DNA from: a virus
Reading direction: 5' to 3' (one strand)
Length of the DNA: 34,639 bases
Virus record (IMG/VR): IMGVR_UViG_3300028840_004348
The notes beneath the pieces were generated by a model that was not told the origin of the DNA, searched no databases, and saw only the letters and a list, made by a program, of their open reading frames with translations. Each line of letters begins with the position of its first letter. Position 1 is the first letter of the stretch. The translations under genes were made by a program, and so were the position numbers. Below, piece after piece: positions 30,471-34,639 of the stretch.

Positions 30471-31001
30471 CTACACCCTGGAAGTGCGCCGCCCAATCCG
30501 GTAGACGTGCGTGACCGAAATGCCAAACTTGGATGCCAACTCCTTACGAGGAACTCCCTTTTCGAATTGGAGGCGCAGCATAGCAACCTGCTGATCCGTG
30601 AGCTTCGATTGTGGATGATGCTCTCCTCGAAGTCCTGATCCCCTTCCGCGAACAAAGGGATTCAGGTGCGGTTGCGTGCGGGCACCATTACGGTCGCCAG
30701 AGGCGGTGCGCCCCTTTCGATCCCGATCAACGTTGTTATCACGTTGAGTACCCAGAAAAAGATGATCTACACGTACACATTTTGGATTATCGCATTGATG
30801 CAGAACATGAATACCCTTAGGAATCTTCCCGTGTTCCAGCATCCACGCGACCCGATGCGCATAGAGAGGGTGGGAACTTAGCTTCCGAGCTTGAAGCAGC
30901 CCATATCCGTTCCGGGTCACATAGCCCGTCCACTCCCAGCACTTCGAGGTCTTGACTACTTTGCGCCAAAACCGTTCAACAAATTCAACAGGAAACTCCA
31001 T
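30471..31001 (-). CDS. HNH endonuclease with C-terminal HTH (homing-endonuclease-like)
   Basis: Track ORF. It carries the HNH core, CWEWTGY...HRVAWMLEHGKIPKGIHVLHQCDNPKCVRVDHLFLGTQRDN, and a C-terminal HTH, LTDQQVAMLRLQFEKGVPRKELASKFGISVTHVYRI. It has no SD. Its ATG lies 5 nt after TATGTT in a TTGATA-17-TATGTT promoter. Confidence 0.65.
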   Translation of the reverse strand: MEFPVEFVERFWRKVVKTSKCWEWTGYVTRNGYGLLQARKLSSHPLYAHRVAWMLEHGKIPKGIHVLHQCDNPKCVRVDHLFLGTQRDNNVDRDRKGRTASGDRNGARTQPHLNPFVRGRGSGLRGEHHPQSKLTDQQVAMLRLQFEKGVPRKELASKFGISVTHVYRIGRRTSRV

Positions 31002-31048
31002 GCCTTAACATAGCACAAGCGATAGTAACTATCAATAACAGTGTTAGG

Positions 31049-31288
31049 CTATCTAGCGCGCTTCACACGGATGGTTTTAGGCGCACTGAGAGGACACTGA
31101 ATGGTGACTTCTTGGTCACCAAACGAGGTATCTTCGACTTTTAACACCTCGCAGTTCGGATACCTGGACTTGATGTGTTCGAGCAATGGGTCGTGACATC
31201 CGCAGAGGGCGATCATTGTTGCCAGCAACAACATGCCGAGGCAGCCTACGAGAAGAATCAAGGGAACTGCGAAGTGCTTGAAGCTCAT
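31049..31288 (-). CDS. small membrane or lipoprotein-like protein (79 aa; spanin/holin-like size)
   Basis: Track ORF 31049..32047 trimmed to the ATG at 31288, which forms an ATGA overlap with the upstream stop. The sequence MSFKHFAVPLILLVGCLGMLLLATMIALCGC... combines a hydrophobic N-terminus with a possible LVGC lipobox, and several Cys follow. The rest of the track ORF is an overlapping frame of the 31285..32490 gene. Confidence 0.35.
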   Translation of the reverse strand: MSFKHFAVPLILLVGCLGMLLLATMIALCGCHDPLLEHIKSRYPNCEVLKVEDTSFGDQEVTIQCPLSAPKTIRVKRAR

Positions 31289-32490
31289 CGACCCCGAGGA
31301 ACGGCCTTGATCTGGTCCCACCGAACCTTGATGAGATGGCGTCCATCCTCGGTCCGCATGAGATAGTAGTTGCCGTTCTTGTCCCAAAGGGTCTCGGCGT
31401 AACCGCGCGTTCCCTTCGGATAGGTCGTCTTGCCGCCCCACCCCGGACCGGAGACGGTCATCTCCTGCTTCAGCTCGACGTAGTCGTTGGTGTTGAACGA
31501 GAACTGCAACCCTTCCATCTCGGCAGGATCGAGCCCCTCGCGTTTCTCCCCCAGCTCTTCGACGCGCTCTTCGACCGGCTCGACTTCTTCGAATGCGACT
31601 CTCGAAGCCATGACTTCCGGCAGAGGCTCTAGAGGACCAAGATCGACCCCCTCCATCAACTCGGCCAAATCGTTGGCCATGTTCGGAGCAGCTTCCATTC
31701 CCGTCTCGGGGACGTTGAGGTTCTGCTGAATGGCCTGGAGCGACAGGTCGAACATCTGGTTCTCCAGATCGTTCCTCTGCTGCCAGACATCGGAATTGTT
31801 GTTCTCCCGGTTGGAGTTGACCTGATCCCGAACGTCGAGCAGCTCCCGAATCTTGACAACAGCTTGAGCCTCCAGAGGATCTCCGATGAAACGGTCGAGG
31901 TACTCTTCGAGCTGGTTCGAGTCCCAACAAGCCATCTTCGGACGCGAACCCTGGATAATGATCACCGTCTGGCCGGCAGGAAGCGCCTTCATGCGTTCCA
32001 GGTTGAGCAGGTTCAGCTCGTGCATGATCTGGCGTTCGGACTTCCACAGCTCGTTGAAGATGTCATCGAACTGATCACACTGGGCCGTCAGCTCGAAGTA
32101 TTCTTCGAGCATCCGGGTCGCCTCGTCCTCGAACGGCGTCCCCTTCAGCTTCATGTACCAGTCCTCCCAGTGGAGGCTGTCGTGGTAGTTCCGCTTCTTC
32201 ATGGCTTGTACCTCCGGAGCCGTGGCTCCTTCGCCGAGAGTGCCGCGCTGCGCCTCGAAGAGATCGACCGCCGCGTTGCCCACGTACTGCATCAAGGCAT
32301 CCGAACCATCCAGATCTTCTTCATCTTCGAGATCAGTCTCGATAAAGTCACTCAAGTCCACCGGAATGTCGACCTCCCAGCCGAGGCTACCACTCTCCGA
32401 CACCGTGGCATGATATGCATCGGCATCCTCGGAAGGCTCGATGAGAACATCGAATCCCCGGATCAGCATCGTGTAGGTGTCTTGAGCCAT
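31285..32490 (-). CDS. hypothetical acidic 401-aa protein (possible virion or scaffold protein)
   Basis: Track ORF. Its start lies 3 nt after the stop of the upstream large ORF. Confidence 0.5.
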   Translation of the reverse strand: MAQDTYTMLIRGFDVLIEPSEDADAYHATVSESGSLGWEVDIPVDLSDFIETDLEDEEDLDGSDALMQYVGNAAVDLFEAQRGTLGEGATAPEVQAMKKRNYHDSLHWEDWYMKLKGTPFEDEATRMLEEYFELTAQCDQFDDIFNELWKSERQIMHELNLLNLERMKALPAGQTVIIIQGSRPKMACWDSNQLEEYLDRFIGDPLEAQAVVKIRELLDVRDQVNSNRENNNSDVWQQRNDLENQMFDLSLQAIQQNLNVPETGMEAAPNMANDLAELMEGVDLGPLEPLPEVMASRVAFEEVEPVEERVEELGEKREGLDPAEMEGLQFSFNTNDYVELKQEMTVSGPGWGGKTTYPKGTRGYAETLWDKNGNYYLMRTEDGRHLIKVRWDQIKAVPRGR

Positions 32491-32493
32491 CTG

Positions 32494-34639
32494 CTACTTC
32501 TTCTTCGCCTTCTGCTGCGCGTCGGGATTGCCGGGACGCCCACGGTTCGGACCGTAGGGATTGAGAACGAAACCATCGTTGAGCAGGTGCGGGAACCAAT
32601 GGTCCTTCGAGCAGGTGTGGAGTCGGCGCAGGATATAGTTCTGCTCGACATGCGCATACTCACGAGGGAACGAGTCGAGCCCCTGCTCCTCCGCCTCGAC
32701 CATGTCCCCCAGCACCACGTCGTAGCCCGGAGGTGTGAACCGCTGAAGCTCGATGTCTTCCACCGCGCCGGGCTTGGCGTCTCCCTCGTTCTGCGCGTTC
32801 TTCATCTTGCCCTCCCTGCCGAAAGCATGTTCTTCGGCCAGTTCGGCCAGGAAGTCCCAGTCGACATAGTACTCCGGGCCGCTGACGGCCCCGAAGGCTG
32901 CCTGGAGCGCTTCCGGCAAGTCGATGTCCTGAGTGCTCTGGACAAGGTCCATCATCTCCGAATGCTTCTTCTGGTCCAAGAGGATGTCATCGAAGAGTTC
33001 CCGAGTCGTGTCCCCGACATCGAGCAGTTCCTCCCATCCTTCGGCCTGGGCCTTCTTGGCCTTCATCAAGTACTTCCCAATGATCTTCGCCACCCGCTTG
33101 GCCGCGACCTCCTCGACTCCGAACCCGACATAGGCGACGAGGTCCTCGGTGAGCCCGTACCAGTCGATCTGGTTGGGATCAACTCCAATGCTCTGCGTCA
33201 ACGGCAGCACGGCATCGTAGATGACGCTGACCTGATCCTCGACATAAGGCTCCTGCATCGCGAACTTGACCATCTCCATGATCTGCGGCTGCCGGGTGAT
33301 CTGGACATAGAGGTCACCGGTCGGATCGCCGCTGCTCTGGTACTGAGGAGTGCTCTGGCCTGGGTACGAGGGCGCGACCACCGTGGGATCGGTGGCGATG
33401 CCCGGGTCTCCCATTGCGGACGGGATGGCCGGAGAAGTAGCCTGCGCCGCTTTGGCCGTGACTTCGGGCTCAGGAGCAACTTCCTCTTCGGGCGTCTCGC
33501 CGGGAGCAACGACCCCCTCCTCGACCGGAGCACCAGCACTGAGCAGCGCGTTCGCGATGTGGGTCCAGTCGACTTCACCAACTTCCGAGACATCTTCCTG
33601 CGGAATCGCAGTCTGGAAGGTGGGCTCCGATTCGAGCTGCCGCGCGAAGGTCTGAACGTTGAGGCTCTGGCTGGCGAGCCGGCTGGCGATGTTCCAGTAC
33701 GCAGGATCGCTCACAATGGCGTTGTAGACCTGCTGGGTAGCAGAGTTGATGAAGCCGCCCCAGTAGCCCTCCTGGCCCGTCTCCAGATGCACAGATGGAG
33801 ACGTTCCGGTCGGTAGTTCATCACCGAACGGGTCGCTGAAAAACTGCTGGACCTGCTCCCACCATTGCGCGTCGTGCCGGCTCGAATCCTTGCCGGAATG
33901 CTCCTTCTGCTCCTTCTCGCGCTTCTGCTTGTCCGCATTGTCCTGCTGACGATCCCGATCCTTCTTCCGCGACTTCTCTCCTGGCGTCTCGCGCTTGTAG
34001 TCGGAGTCGAGGTCCCGGGGATCGTGGTTCTCCTGTTCGAGCAACGTATCCTTGTTCTCCTTCATCGGAGAACCGGGAACGTTCCAGTCGCGCTCGTTGA
34101 AGTCCTGAGCCTGCCGATGAGCTTCCGAACGAGGAGGACGCCCTTCGTAGCGTGCCTCCCACTCCTCGTAGCTCTCACCCGGCTCACGCTGACGTTCCCA
34201 TTCCCGGATCCGCTCACGCTCCCCTTCCGACAGGCCTTTCTCCAACCATTCCTTCGCTTCCTCAGGGGACTCGAACGCCCGCTTCGCCAAGGACCTCGTA
34301 AGAAGGTTCTGGCCGGAGAACTCGCGCGGTTGCCAGCCCCGGCTGTTGCGCTGCTCGACGGCAATGTCCAGCTCGTCCCCCCTCAGAGGGGGCGAGTACT
34401 CGCCGCGCAAAGGCTCCAGGTAGAAAGAGGTGTTGCGGTTCACGATGGAGTCCACCGTGTTCTGCCCGAGCACGTACATCCGGTCCTCGAAGACGATCGT
34501 CGAGGGAGGCACCACGGCCCCATCGTGGATGGTCACCGGCAGAAGAGCCTGCCGCGTCACGCCGGTCACGGTGCAGATGCGCAGGTTGAACAGCACCTCG
34601 GCGTCGATGATCTGGTCTTCATCGTGACGAGCGTGCCGG
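32494..34639 (-). CDS. large hypothetical protein, 5'-truncated by the window edge (more than 715 aa; possible structural, portal or ejection protein)
   Basis: Track ORF 32494..34596 begins with GTG, but the frame stays open to the window end at 34639. The central region is Glu/Arg/Lys-rich and low complexity. The C-terminus is KAKKK. Confidence 0.5.
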   Translation of the reverse strand, partial: RHARHDEDQIIDAEVLFNLRICTVTGVTRQALLPVTIHDGAVVPPSTIVFEDRMYVLGQNTVDSIVNRNTSFYLEPLRGEYSPPLRGDELDIAVEQRNSRGWQPREFSGQNLLTRSLAKRAFESPEEAKEWLEKGLSEGERERIREWERQREPGESYEEWEARYEGRPPRSEAHRQAQDFNERDWNVPGSPMKENKDTLLEQENHDPRDLDSDYKRETPGEKSRKKDRDRQQDNADKQKREKEQKEHSGKDSSRHDAQWWEQVQQFFSDPFGDELPTGTSPSVHLETGQEGYWGGFINSATQQVYNAIVSDPAYWNIASRLASQSLNVQTFARQLESEPTFQTAIPQEDVSEVGEVDWTHIANALLSAGAPVEEGVVAPGETPEEEVAPEPEVTAKAAQATSPAIPSAMGDPGIATDPTVVAPSYPGQSTPQYQSSGDPTGDLYVQITRQPQIMEMVKFAMQEPYVEDQVSVIYDAVLPLTQSIGVDPNQIDWYGLTEDLVAYVGFGVEEVAAKRVAKIIGKYLMKAKKAQAEGWEELLDVGDTTRELFDDILLDQKKHSEMMDLVQSTQDIDLPEALQAAFGAVSGPEYYVDWDFLAELAEEHAFGREGKMKNAQNEGDAKPGAVEDIELQRFTPPGYDVVLGDMVEAEEQGLDSFPREYAHVEQNYILRRLHTCSKDHWFPHLLNDGFVLNPYGPNRGRPGNPDAQQKAKKK

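Noticed and set aside
31864-33816. 650-aa plus-strand ORF
   Set aside because: It is antisense to the two large minus-strand ORFs and has the same mirror-frame composition.
1-34639. Integrase, recombinase or attachment sites indicating a prophage boundary
   Set aside because: No tyrosine- or serine-recombinase motifs were seen. tRNA genes are present but occur as an internal array rather than as a single attB-type target. The lytic-phage versus prophage question stays open.

Overview
This 34.6-kb window is high-GC DNA (clearly high by eye, not calculated) and looks like a single-strand-biased block from a lytic-phage-like genome or a large prophage/mobile element. Essentially every credible gene is on the minus strand, transcribed from high to low coordinates, and genes are small and densely packed with very frequent 1-14 nt overlaps (ATGA / TGATG / GTGA junctions) that imply translational coupling.

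Recognisable content, listed from right to left:
- A large, 5'-open structural-type ORF, followed by a 401-aa ORF.
- An HNH endonuclease.
- A Topo VI-A/Spo11-like 'Mini-A' protein.
- An HD-domain (SpoT/Mesh1-like) hydrolase.
- A DUF2786-like protein.
- An SNF2-family helicase.
- A MutL/TopoVI-B-like GHKL ATPase with a C-terminal HExxH motif.
- A (TD)n-repeat, Cys-rich lipoprotein.
- An N6A/N4C DNA methyltransferase.
- A secreted lytic transglycosylase.
- A run of roughly 30 small ORFs, including a HAD phosphatase, Zn-ribbon proteins and small membrane proteins.
- A GNAT acetyltransferase.
- A 14-gene minus-strand tRNA array at 10529-11999.
- An ATP-grasp protein.
- A 2.1-kb ORF-poor, repeat-dense locus at about 1984-4100.
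- A final block of small regulators at 1-1983.

Several sigma70-like promoter motif families recur upstream of these genes, and some genes appear to be leaderless. I found no CRISPR array, rRNA or integrase.

All functional calls come from motif recognition by eye. No database search was run.
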